Source: a virus
Lineage: Duplodnaviria; Caudoviricetes
Strand: one strand, 5' to 3'
IMG/VR virus record: IMGVR_UViG_3300038674_000376
Span: 1-36,302 of that record
Length of the DNA stretch: 36,302 bases
Shown: piece after piece, positions 1 to 9,623 of the stretch
Numbering within the stretch: position 1 is the first letter of the stretch
Layout: the number at the start of each line of letters is the position of its first letter
Notes under the pieces: model-generated
Database searches by the model: none
What the model saw: only the letters and a program-made list of their open reading frames with translations
What the model was told of the DNA's origin: nothing
Position numbers and translations under genes: made by a program

Positions 1-3000
1 ACTGAATTATTAAATGATATACCAGAAGCAGAAGAGTTTAAATCTACAGTAGATAATCTATTACTTACATTAGAAACATTGAATAATAAGTATAATCTAA
101 TACTTGAAACTAAAACTAAAGAATTTGTAATAAAGTATGCTACTGATGCTGGTTCACCATTTGTTAATGATTTAGTAGAATGGCTAGATAATCCATCAAA
201 TGATATATCATTCTTAGGTTATTTTGTAGGATTAAGTTCATCTACAAATAATGAAATGATACGTATAATGGAAAATATTATACGTAATCAAAAGAATGTA
301 ACAGATATGGAGACGTTATATGAAGGTAAAAATATAATAGCATTGTTAAACGAGGCTAAGAAATCATATGGCAGCGATATAATGTCGGCATTATAGGAAT
401 TCAGTAAAGATGGTAAACGTACCGGTTATTTTGTAAGAGATAGAAATTATGGTATGTTCCATGATGCGCTTAGTAAAGAATTAGAAAGACTTGCATAGAA
501 ACATAATCTGGAGAAAGGTAGTGATGGTAAATATATATTACCGGAAGATACTGTAGAATTAAGGAGATATACTAAGGATTTAAATAAATGGTATGCTAAA
601 CATGCTGACCGTAGATATGTACCAGAATACTATGAACATAAGAATCGTATATTATCATAGGCTACAATAGAAGCACAATCAAATATATAGAAAAGAATTA
701 ATCAGATATTAAATGTAATTACAGTAGATGGTATAGCTCGTGAAGATTTACTAAGTGATTCTCAACTAGATGAATTAGATAGATTATATGCAGAGCGTAA
801 AAACTTAAGTAATTTCTATAATTTCGATGGTTCACGTAAGACTGGTGAAGATTTAGATATAGCTTTAGAACTTAGAGAATTCAATGAATTAGTAAATGAA
901 AATGTTAAGTATAAAACTGATTATGATAAGTTCAATAAGGCACGTAATGCCATAATTAAGAAATACGGTGAAGATTCCCCAGAGTTTAAGAAATGGGTAT
1001 CACGTAATGTTGTTTAGGTGTACACTGATGAATTTTGGTAGTTATTAGATAAACTACAAGCTCCTACATTTGCCACTAAAGAAGACTAGGAACTACATGA
1101 TGAATTGGTAGGTAGACGTAGAGAATTACACAAGTTATATCGTAAAAGAAATTCATTAGAAATTGATGTTACAAAACTCAATGAAGATGAAATATAGATG
1201 CTTAGAGAATTAGATATAAAAATAGCTAATTTACGTCAATACGTTAAAGTTGATGATGATTCTGTAACATTCAACGATGTAGCCAAGATAGTAAATACTA
1301 AAGAATACTTCAAAGTATATCAACAGAAACAACAAGAAGCACAAGATAAAAATGACCCAAGTATATTCACGGATTGGTATGAGGCTAATCATTATGAGGA
1401 TAGACGTGGTAAGATGCACCCAGTTTCAGTATGGACATATATACAACCAGTTAATATGGCTCATATAGAATATCAACCAAGTAGTAAATGGTCTGAACCA
1501 GATTTAAGTAATTCAAATTGGATTAATAAAGATTATGAACCAAATAGCGAAGAAGCCATATAGCCAAAGAAAGCATTATATGATAACAGTGATGCATTTA
1601 ATAAGATTAAGAATAACAAAGAAGCATTTGCATTATATAATGCTTTGATTGATAGTATGGATAGATCTTTAAGTAAGTTATCATTCCTAACACATTCTAA
1701 TAAATATAGATTACCACAAATGACTGCTAGAACAATGCAGATGGTTGGTAGAGAAAGTAATATATTCAAAGGATTGGGTTATATGGTAAAAGATGAATTT
1801 ACTATTAAGGATGATGATAAAGATTATGTACCTACATTTGATAGACGTCCCGATGGTTCATTGATTAAGTTAATACCAACTAAGTATTTAAAACCACTAG
1901 ATAATCCAAGTATGATTTCCGCAGATACTGTTGGTTCTGTAATAGAATTCTTCAATATGGCTGAGAATTATAAACAGATGTCTAAAGTTAAAGATGATCT
2001 TGAAATGTTATTGGATAGAATGTCTCAATTGGAATACAATAAAGATAATAAATTCAAAGCAGCTGGTACATTAAATGTATTTAAGAAAGCAGAATCATTA
2101 CTGGATATGCATTTATATGGTAAGCGTAAAAATCAAGTAGAAGCTACGATACTCGGTAAGAAGATCAATATTACTAAAGCATTATCAAAAATATACGGTG
2201 TAGCTGGTACGATTAACTTAGCATTTAATATGTGGGCTATGGCAACTAATGCTATTACAGGTAAAGGATATACTGTAATGGAATCTACACTAGGTAGGTA
2301 TTTCAATAAACAAGATTTTGCATGGGCAGAAAAGAATTACTATAATTCATTACCTAAAATTATGGCAAACCTTGGTAATCCAAATGATACTACTAAATTA
2401 ATGTTTATGTGTCAGTTAAATCAAGTTGCTAGGTCTAATGCAGAAACATTTAGTAATTTGGATTAGAGTCCTGTTTTAAGAGCAATAAATCAACATTTTT
2501 GGTATAATGGTTATACTGCTGGTGACTTTGCTGTAAAGAGTACTATATTAGGTGCTGTGTATCATAGCTATAGATTAGTTACTACTCCAGATGGTTCAAA
2601 ACAATTCATGACTCGTGAGGATTATGTAAGTAAATACTATACGGATGCTCCGTAGACAGGTAGGGCTAAATTTGATGAATTTGATGTAACATTATATGAT
2701 GTATACGAATAGGATAAGAATACATATAAAGTTAAAGACGAATATCGATAGTATGTTACTGCAAATTTAACTAATATGGTTAAGAATAAGATACAAACTA
2801 TTGCTGCTAGAATTGATGGTAATATTAATGATACAGATAGAGCTGCAATTCATGCTAATGCTTACGCTTAGTTCTTAGTAATGCACCGTAACTTTATGAT
2901 TGTTGGTTTACAAGATAGATTCAAAAAGACTCAATTTAATTATAACACTGGTGTAGTAGAAGAGGGTATATATAGATCAATACCAAAGTTATTTAATGGT

Positions 3001-3507
3001 GCATTTTCTGACGGTGGATTAAATGTGATACATAATATGATACAGAATTATCATAATATGCAAGATTATGAACAATACGCTGTACGTAAAGTAATTACTG
3101 AATTAGGTACAATATTGGGTGTATCATTACTTGTATCGTTATTATTAGTGCCATTAGCGGATGATACAGATGATGATTGGGCACTTGAAGCATTAACTTA
3201 TATTGCAATGCGTACTGCATTTGAATTTAGAACATTATACCAACCTTTGGAATTAACTGCTTTATTAAATTCACCATCGGCTGCATTCTCTTCAATTACA
3301 AATGCCGCTGAGATGTTGAAGTTAATATGGATACCAAACTACTTTAGTGATAACAGTAGCCCTTTCAAAGAAATATCAACTGGTGCATATAAAGGTATGC
3401 CTAAGTTATTGAGAAACTTTATAAAGGTAACACCGTTTAAGAATGTAATTGAAGCATCAGATCCAAAAGCAAAACGAAAATATCTGGATAACCAGTTAGC
3501 ATTCTAA
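1..3507 (+). CDS. Giant virion cargo/ejection-type protein, 3' part (5' end outside window), amber-recoded (TAG probably Gln)
   Basis: Frame 1 is open from base 1 to TAA 3505-3507 except for 14 TAGs (394, 496, 658, 688, 1015, 1039, 1087, 1195, 1561, 2464, 2653, 2710, 2749, 2869), with no TAA/TGA. ORF-track pieces 79-396, 1198-1563, 1645-2466 and 2881-3507 are all in this frame. There is a hydrophobic segment near the C-terminus (LGTILGVSLLVSLLLVPLA). Its position, converging on the replication module, matches the giant RNAP/cargo genes of crAss-like phages. Product is inferred. Confidence 0.85.
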
Positions 3508-3544
3508 TTGTCTATATTATTGCTCAATAGACTTATATCAATAT

Positions 3545-3586
3545 AAAAAAATAACCAGTTAGCTTAAACAACTAACTGGTTTTTTA
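3545..3586. terminator. Bidirectional intrinsic terminator between convergent late and replication modules
   Basis: AACCAGTTAG (3553-3562) / CTAACTGGTT (3572-3581) 10-bp stem, A-run on the left and T-run on the right. Confidence 0.8.
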
Positions 3587-4091
3587 ATTTAATATCATTC
3601 ATTTCAATGATATCTGGATAATAGTCTTCTTCTGGTAATTCCCTAGTTTCAATAGGTATTGGTGATAGATACATTAAAGCGCTAACTACTTCTGGCAACC
3701 ATGGCGTGTCTTTCCAGAAATTAAGATATCTATTCACATAATCTATTGAACTAGAGATATTACCTCGAAGAATATTATTTATATGTATTCTATACTTTGG
3801 ATTCTTAATAAAAGTATAAACCGTATAATGTTTATCTTCTATTTTTATACTACGTGTATACTTTATTGTCGGTAAAGTTGCAAACTTACAGAATCTTGCT
3901 AAAGATTCTTTTGTGTTTACAGAACTATCGTACATAAGCATGAAACAATGTTCTGTTTGTGGATAATTTTTATCTGTAGTATACATCTTTATAAATCCAC
4001 TTTCTTTTGAAATATCAGCATAACTAATATTTTCATCAAGTAGCGGAAGAATAAGATAATCCAATGTCGTATAAGGATTCGATTCCATCAT
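3564..4091 (-). CDS. Hypothetical protein
   Basis: ORF 3564-4124; start more likely ATG at 4091 or 4088 (MMESNPY), overlapping the end of the exonuclease gene. Confidence 0.7.
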   Translation of the reverse strand: MMESNPYTTLDYLILPLLDENISYADISKESGFIKMYTTDKNYPQTEHCFMLMYDSSVNTKESLARFCKFATLPTIKYTRSIKIEDKHYTVYTFIKNPKYRIHINNILRGNISSSIDYVNRYLNFWKDTPWLPEVVSALMYLSPIPIETRELPEEDYYPDIIEMNDIKLKNQLVV

Positions 4092-5061
4092 TTTTATAAT
4101 AATCTGGTGTATGTTCCCAATCACCTGTCTGTTGATGGTATGAAATTCTTTGTAATACTTCTGTAATTACTCTTTTGCGATCAAGTAATTTTTGTTCATC
4201 ATTCATATCAAATACACGTACTTCATAACTACCATTGTTTTGTATAGCTATAATATATGCTTTAAAATCATATTCATCTGGGTTAACTTTAAGTACATTT
4301 ATCATATACCATGTTAAAGCTAATAAATAATAAGCTACTTGCCTATAATAATCAAATTCTTCAACAGAATGAGCAAAATCATAAACATTCATTGTAGTCT
4401 TTAAGTCAATCAAAGTAACAACTTTATTTTCATGATCGAATATAACTCTATCCAATAATGATTTGCAATGTACTTTAATATCTTCTTTATCAACTTCCCA
4501 GTTGATATGAAATTCGTTGTGACACTCGCAAGTGTTTGTATCTGTAAGCAATATAGATGCCATTTTATGATTTTCAATATTAGACTTAATTGTCTTTAAC
4601 ATATTTAAATCAGAAAATGATATTACTGCTTTATTATTTTCAGTTTCAGTGAGATATTTTAAGTATTCTTGATAAGTATCAATAAAACTATTCATCTCTT
4701 CTAAGCACTTATCATTACTTTTACTATTACTATACGCACTTTTATATGCTTCTAATTTTAATTCATCTTGTGAACCAAATGGGTCTCTAATAATAGCTTT
4801 ACTATAATAATCTAATGCATCTTTCTGTTGTTTAGATTTTGGTACTGTAAAATCCAATATTATATAATTCTTCCAGAACTCATCTGGTTGAAGTAGATAC
4901 ATATGAATCATTGTTCCTTTTTCAAGAAATTTAGCACTCAAACCTTCTTCTTTTCCATCCAACATATTTCGTAAATACATTGGTCCTCGTTTTAAGTATT
5001 GTCCTATATTAGAATTACTTATACGAGACATATCTTCATAATACGGTATACTTATATCCAT
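4036..5061 (-). CDS. PD-(D/E)XK exonuclease (RecE/ExoVIII, DUF3799-like)
   Basis: ISNSNI and GTMIH N-terminal motifs; catalytic KSLLD...IDLKT; YYRQVAYY (Q-x-x-x-Y) motif. Confidence 0.85.
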   Translation of the reverse strand: MDISIPYYEDMSRISNSNIGQYLKRGPMYLRNMLDGKEEGLSAKFLEKGTMIHMYLLQPDEFWKNYIILDFTVPKSKQQKDALDYYSKAIIRDPFGSQDELKLEAYKSAYSNSKSNDKCLEEMNSFIDTYQEYLKYLTETENNKAVISFSDLNMLKTIKSNIENHKMASILLTDTNTCECHNEFHINWEVDKEDIKVHCKSLLDRVIFDHENKVVTLIDLKTTMNVYDFAHSVEEFDYYRQVAYYLLALTWYMINVLKVNPDEYDFKAYIIAIQNNGSYEVRVFDMNDEQKLLDRKRVITEVLQRISYHQQTGDWEHTPDYYKNDGIESLYDIGLSYSSAT

Positions 5062-5062
5062 A

Positions 5063-5962
5063 TTAATCTATTTCATCATCATCGTAATTATACGGTACTG
5101 TCACGTACTCATCTTCATCAATGGTATTGTCTACTTCATATCCATCATCATCTTGTGTAAGTGATTCTAAATATTTAACATCCAACCATTGTAATATTTC
5201 TTCTTTATATAATAAACCTTCTTGTGATTTCAATTCATCATAAATTTCAGAAATCACATCACTTTTTGTATGTAGCATATCTTTTTCTTTTTCAATTTCG
5301 ATAGTAATACACTTATTTTCAACATTGTAATTATCATTTAAATAAGAACAATTATATTGTTTTTTATCAACTCTACTTGGACCACCATGCCAATGACCAT
5401 AAAAATGAGCTTTAAAGTTAAGCTCTTTGCAACGATCATTTAGGTATTCATTGTATGTTGGTGAATCATGTGATAATAAAATATCAACATCATTAGGAAT
5501 ATCCTTAAACCATTCTATACACTGACTAGTAAACGTTGGAGAATCATATCCAGAATCTTCAAATGCCCATTTACTTATACCATAACCAATTTTATTGATA
5601 TATGGTGTACCGTAGAATTTAAAATCTTTGTATGTATAAGATTCATTAACTAACAATATTAATTTATTATTTGTTAATTTAGCTAACTCAGCTTTGAATA
5701 CGTCATACTCCTTAAACGGATCATTGTGATTATATAAATGCTCAATAAGAAAATCATGATTACCTGGTATTACAAATACTTTATCACAAGGTAATCCATT
5801 AACCCATTCAACAAATCGTGTAGTCCACCATTTACGAGATGTTTCTAAGTTGCGTTGATCATTCAAATTAATAACATCTCCACATATACATAGTACATCA
5901 CATGGTTTAATATCTATCTGTGATATAGCGCCATGTATATCACTAATTGCTGTTATTTTCAT
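5063..5962 (-). CDS. Calcineurin-like metallophosphoesterase with acidic tail
   Basis: SDIHG, CGD, PGNHD, SHD and GHWH motifs. Confidence 0.9.
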   Translation of the reverse strand: MKITAISDIHGAISQIDIKPCDVLCICGDVINLNDQRNLETSRKWWTTRFVEWVNGLPCDKVFVIPGNHDFLIEHLYNHNDPFKEYDVFKAELAKLTNNKLILLVNESYTYKDFKFYGTPYINKIGYGISKWAFEDSGYDSPTFTSQCIEWFKDIPNDVDILLSHDSPTYNEYLNDRCKELNFKAHFYGHWHGGPSRVDKKQYNCSYLNDNYNVENKCITIEIEKEKDMLHTKSDVISEIYDELKSQEGLLYKEEILQWLDVKYLESLTQDDDGYEVDNTIDEDEYVTVPYNYDDDEID

Positions 5963-5978
5963 AGTTTTTTAAAAAATT

Positions 5979-6000
5979 AAGGGGTTATTACTAACCCCTT
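5979..6000 (-). terminator. Intrinsic terminator-like hairpin
   Basis: AAGGGGTTA/TAACCCCTT stem, followed by a T-rich run on the - strand. Confidence 0.6.
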
Positions 6001-6007
6001 TAATTAT

Positions 6008-6994
6008 TTACTCATCATCAGACCACTCTTCATAATCTCCATCATCATCGCTACCTTCATCATCACTTTCATAGATATCTGGGTTACTATCAAAAGTTTC
6101 TTCCTGTTTATTACCCATAATTGTACCCATTTCAGATAATGCTTTTTTATAAGGTTTACCAGTAATATCAGAAATTGCCGCTGCAAGACGCTCAGTATCA
6201 GTTTTTTCTTCTTTCTTTAGTCTAGTACTAATATTCATGATATCAATAAGATCTTCCAATGTAAGATCAGCATCATCTTCAAATAATTTTACTTCATTCA
6301 AGAATGAAATAACATTATCAATAGATAATAACTTGATATTCTTAATTACGAACTCTGATACCTTAACAGCATCACGAATACCCATATCAGTTACAATACT
6401 AGCAATAAGCTCAATATTATCACTAGGGGTATAAGTACGTAAATAACGTATACGAGAACAACGATCTTGCATGTATTCAGACACATGACGTAACTCATTA
6501 CATGTCATGATTACTAATTTTTTAGATGTTGCTTGTACGCCATCTAAGAACTCAAGCATCTGATTGGTATTCCAATTCTTTTCAACTTCATCAAAGATAA
6601 CACATACTGGTTCATTAAACTCTTTAAAGAAAGAATTTAATTTTGATGCTGGGAAACTCGACGACACTACAATAATAGGTAGTTTACTCTCATATGCTAA
6701 CACTTTAGCAAGGACAGTTTTACCAGTACCTTTTGTACCGGCAAGCATTATACCTGTTGTCTGAGTAGATGCATTTTCAAAATATGTCAGTACACGTTTT
6801 TTAAAGATTTTATCTTTTTTCAATTCGTATACTTTTTTCGGTAGGTTTAGTTCACCGTTTTCAGTAAATATATACGTTTCCCTATATCGATCCCAATTCA
6901 AATCATAGACTTTACTGGGAATTAGATCATAATCAAGACCTTCTGGTTTTACACGTATACCATCACTGGTTTTTATAAATTTAGCTTTAGACAT
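6008..6994 (-). CDS. AAA+ ATPase with acidic C-terminus
   Basis: Walker A GTKGTGKT, Walker B VIFDE, sensor-1 MTCN, DRCSR arginine-finger region. Confidence 0.85.
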   Translation of the reverse strand: MSKAKFIKTSDGIRVKPEGLDYDLIPSKVYDLNWDRYRETYIFTENGELNLPKKVYELKKDKIFKKRVLTYFENASTQTTGIMLAGTKGTGKTVLAKVLAYESKLPIIVVSSSFPASKLNSFFKEFNEPVCVIFDEVEKNWNTNQMLEFLDGVQATSKKLVIMTCNELRHVSEYMQDRCSRIRYLRTYTPSDNIELIASIVTDMGIRDAVKVSEFVIKNIKLLSIDNVISFLNEVKLFEDDADLTLEDLIDIMNISTRLKKEEKTDTERLAAAISDITGKPYKKALSEMGTIMGNKQEETFDSNPDIYESDDEGSDDDGDYEEWSDDE

Positions 6995-7001
6995 ACTTTT
7001 G

Positions 7002-7388
7002 TTATTTTTTTGTTATTAATTGATCAATCATTTGATTGACCTCTTTTTGGTTGTGAACTAAATAAAGTGTATAGTTCAACTTATTTGAATATAAATAATA
7101 CTTAAATAGTTTCCATCTTAAAGGAAAGGCATCGTTTTGCATACCCTTACATTCTATTATGATGTTACCATTTATAACAAAATCTGGTGTATAAGTCATT
7201 GAACGAATGTTTTCACCATTAAACTAGAATTTCGGTAAAAGTTCATACTTATTTTTTTCATATTCAACATTCTATATACCAGCTTGTTGCAGTTTTATGT
7301 AGGTATATGTTTCAAGTTTACTCCTAAACTTTATCCCTTCGTACATATTAACTGTAGCATTCTTTACTTTCTTATTTTTACTTATCAT
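7002..7388 (-). CDS. PD-(D/E)XK endonuclease / Holliday-junction resolvase-like (T7 endonuclease I / DUF1064-like), with two in-frame TAG codons
   Basis: From ATG 7388: MISKNKKVKNATVNMYEGIKFRSKLETYTYIKLQQAGI*NVEYEKNKYELLPKF*FNGENIRSMTYTPDFVINGNIIIECKG... (* = TAG at 7272-7274 and 7224-7226). The FRSKLE, EYE, YTPDF and IECKG motifs are all in one frame; 128 aa. Confidence 0.85.
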
Positions 7389-8355
7389 ATTGTTTTGTTA
7401 TTATTTTAAGCATCTCATTTTTAGTAGTTTCAAAGCCATTTAATGCAACAGCATCAGAAATATCTTTAGCTTTAAGTCGTTTGGGTACTAAAATCGATTC
7501 TAAGCCTGTTTTAAGGCTTATTTTGCGACTTTGCTGCACTCCAGTAACATCTCTATCGAATAGTATTAAAACTCGCTTAAAACGCTTTAAAAGATCATTT
7601 AACACAGTATCTGGTATAAAAGATGATTCAGATGATGGTGCAATTGCACTAATCCCCATTTCATATAATACCATAACGTCTTTTAAACTCTTTGTGATTA
7701 CCAACAAATCACCTTTTTTAGGTAATTGTTCATAACCTTGTATATCATACTGTGAAGTATTTGTTCTCCATTTAGCATGTTTTTCTGCCAATGGTCGATA
7801 TATTTTAAAAGCATTAAAGATTCTGTATGCGTACATTGGATTATCATCTTTATATATACCTTTAACTATACCATTACATAGATAATATTTTATACTATCA
7901 ACTTTATATTTCTTTAAAGTTTGTAATGATATATTGAATTTATTCCAATAATTGATATCTATCTGTGAGAAATTTTGTCTTACAATACCAATTATAGTAG
8001 ATTCTTCTGGTAAATATGCTTTAGATGGATCTAGTTTTGTAGTCGGTTTAATATTAAGTTGTTCTACTATATTATAGAGTATATCATCATATGACAATAT
8101 ACCAGTATATAATGATACAAACTTGATAATATCCCCACTTTCACCAGTACCATGATCTTTAAATAATAACGTATTTTTACTTTTTGAGTAAAAAATACCA
8201 AATGACGGATTCCTATCCTTACGGAAAGGAGACTTATATATATGACCTACCTTAAACTCACCAATATAGTGAGCGTATATATCATAAACATTTACTTTAG
8301 AAAGTATCCAATCTAATGTGATGTTTTTCTTAATTATTCTTTTCTTGTCATACAT
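7378..8355 (-). CDS. DNA primase (DnaG/Toprim type, crAss-like)
   Basis: Degenerate Zn-finger region SPFRKDRNPSF...FKDHG; Toprim TKSLKDVM, LFDRD, KDISD. Start moved to MYDKKR (8355) because the longer ORF overlaps a tRNA. Confidence 0.9.
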   Translation of the reverse strand: MYDKKRIIKKNITLDWILSKVNVYDIYAHYIGEFKVGHIYKSPFRKDRNPSFGIFYSKSKNTLLFKDHGTGESGDIIKFVSLYTGILSYDDILYNIVEQLNIKPTTKLDPSKAYLPEESTIIGIVRQNFSQIDINYWNKFNISLQTLKKYKVDSIKYYLCNGIVKGIYKDDNPMYAYRIFNAFKIYRPLAEKHAKWRTNTSQYDIQGYEQLPKKGDLLVITKSLKDVMVLYEMGISAIAPSSESSFIPDTVLNDLLKRFKRVLILFDRDVTGVQQSRKISLKTGLESILVPKRLKAKDISDAVALNGFETTKNEMLKIITKQYDK

Positions 8356-8371
8356 ATTAAAAATATTTAAG

Positions 8372-8445
8372 TTCTTTAGGTAGGACTCGAACCTACAACC
8401 TACAGATTCGTAATCTGTTATTCTATCCAATTGAACTACTAAAGA
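8372..8445 (-). tRNA. tRNA-Arg(ACG)
   Basis: TCTTTAG/CTAAAGA acceptor, GTTC/GAAT D stem, ACAGA-TTACGAA-TCTGT anticodon arm, GTAGG-TTCGAGT-CCTAC T arm; CCA not encoded. Confidence 0.92.
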
Positions 8446-8825
8446 GTATTATAGCATTTAAGTAGAACTTAAACGCTATAACTTATTGTTTTGTTGAACT
8501 ATTTGTTTTTTCATTATATGACTATTTCAGTATAGTCAAAAATCCAGACAGGGACACTCTCCAGATTAGCTAAGTTAAGCAATATTTTGACAAATTTATG
8601 AAATAATTTTGTAATCTACTTATTCTTAATATAACTATTAAAAATGAACTATCGGATTCAAACCGATTAAATATATTTTAAAATTAAGTTTAATTGTTGC
8701 GGACTGAATTAAGAACAGATAAGCTCTAAAAGAACTTAACTATTGCACCGGCTGAATTACAACATGTTTTAAAATATAAGTATTAACAATAAAGTGTGTT
8801 AAGCTTTATCTACCTCTAACGGAAA

Positions 8826-9623
8826 TCATTCATTTTCAATTTCAAATAATTTTTCAATCTTTTTTAATTTTTCTTTTACTGAGTCTTTTGTTAAACATTC
8901 TCCAGTATCTAATGTTATTCTTTCTTTTGTATCTTTCCATCTTAATGGCGCAGCTCTGCCAAGACCGTAACTACATTTAATTTTTGCAGCCTCATGTCTA
9001 AAACAGTGAATTCTAAAGTACCAAGGGGATATGCATGTTAATAGCATTCCTTTTATTAATGGTTCTTCAGCTCGTTTTATACATGTGCTAACTCTATATA
9101 AATTGCAATCACTTTCTTTATATCTACCAGCATACTGCGTGTTCTCAATAACGTATATTGCTACACGATAACCATTTGTTTCTAAAAAATCAGCAATCTG
9201 TACCGCAGTAAATGCTTTTAATAACATTTTATCACTACTTACACCACAGTTCTCAGCTATATTTACATAAAGGTCTATAATTTTTCCAGTACCAATACCA
9301 GCTTTCTTAATTCGTTGGCGCATACATGGAGATCCTGATAGCATTCTATCATAATCTAAATCATCGCCATCAAATTCATTCCACCGATATTGTGCTCTAG
9401 AACCACCAAGAACTGTGTTTAAATCCAATTCTTTTAATTCATCTAAACCTTTTTTATAGATATATTTTGATTCCTCAGCTTCCTTTACAGATAAACCAGC
9501 GAACCATGAGTTATCTTCACGCATAATTTCATCAAATTTGGAACGATTACCTTCTTTTTCATCAAATGTAACAGACTCCCTATAGAAATCTATTATATTG
9601 TCATATTCTTTTATGTAATCCAT
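8826..9623 (-). CDS. Putative vWA-like (CobT-like) partner of the adjacent AAA+ ATPase
   Basis: Coupled to the MoxR/CobS-type ATPase (1-nt TAATG overlap); GDDLDYDR and beta-alpha IDLYVNIAENCGV pattern; partner role inferred from the usual AAA+/vWA pairing. Confidence 0.6.
   Translation of the reverse strand: MDYIKEYDNIIDFYRESVTFDEKEGNRSKFDEIMREDNSWFAGLSVKEAEESKYIYKKGLDELKELDLNTVLGGSRAQYRWNEFDGDDLDYDRMLSGSPCMRQRIKKAGIGTGKIIDLYVNIAENCGVSSDKMLLKAFTAVQIADFLETNGYRVAIYVIENTQYAGRYKESDCNLYRVSTCIKRAEEPLIKGMLLTCISPWYFRIHCFRHEAAKIKCSYGLGRAAPLRWKDTKERITLDTGECLTKDSVKEKLKKIEKLFEIENE

Noticed and set aside
79-3507. Four separate + strand genes, or a pseudogene, as implied by the ORF track
   Set aside because: All pieces share one frame and are separated only by TAG, never TAA/TGA or frameshifts; one recoded gene is the simpler reading
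7002-7199. 65-aa stand-alone ORF starting MTYTPDF
   Set aside because: It lacks the family's N-terminal FRSKLE motif, which is present upstream in frame beyond two TAGs
8356-8430. N-terminal extension of primase (MDRITDYESVGCRFES)
   Set aside because: It is a translation of the tRNA-Arg gene
8644-8667. Possible additional tRNA at the T-arm-like hairpin
   Set aside because: The loop is TTTGAAT and I found no matching acceptor 5' strand, D arm or anticodon arm
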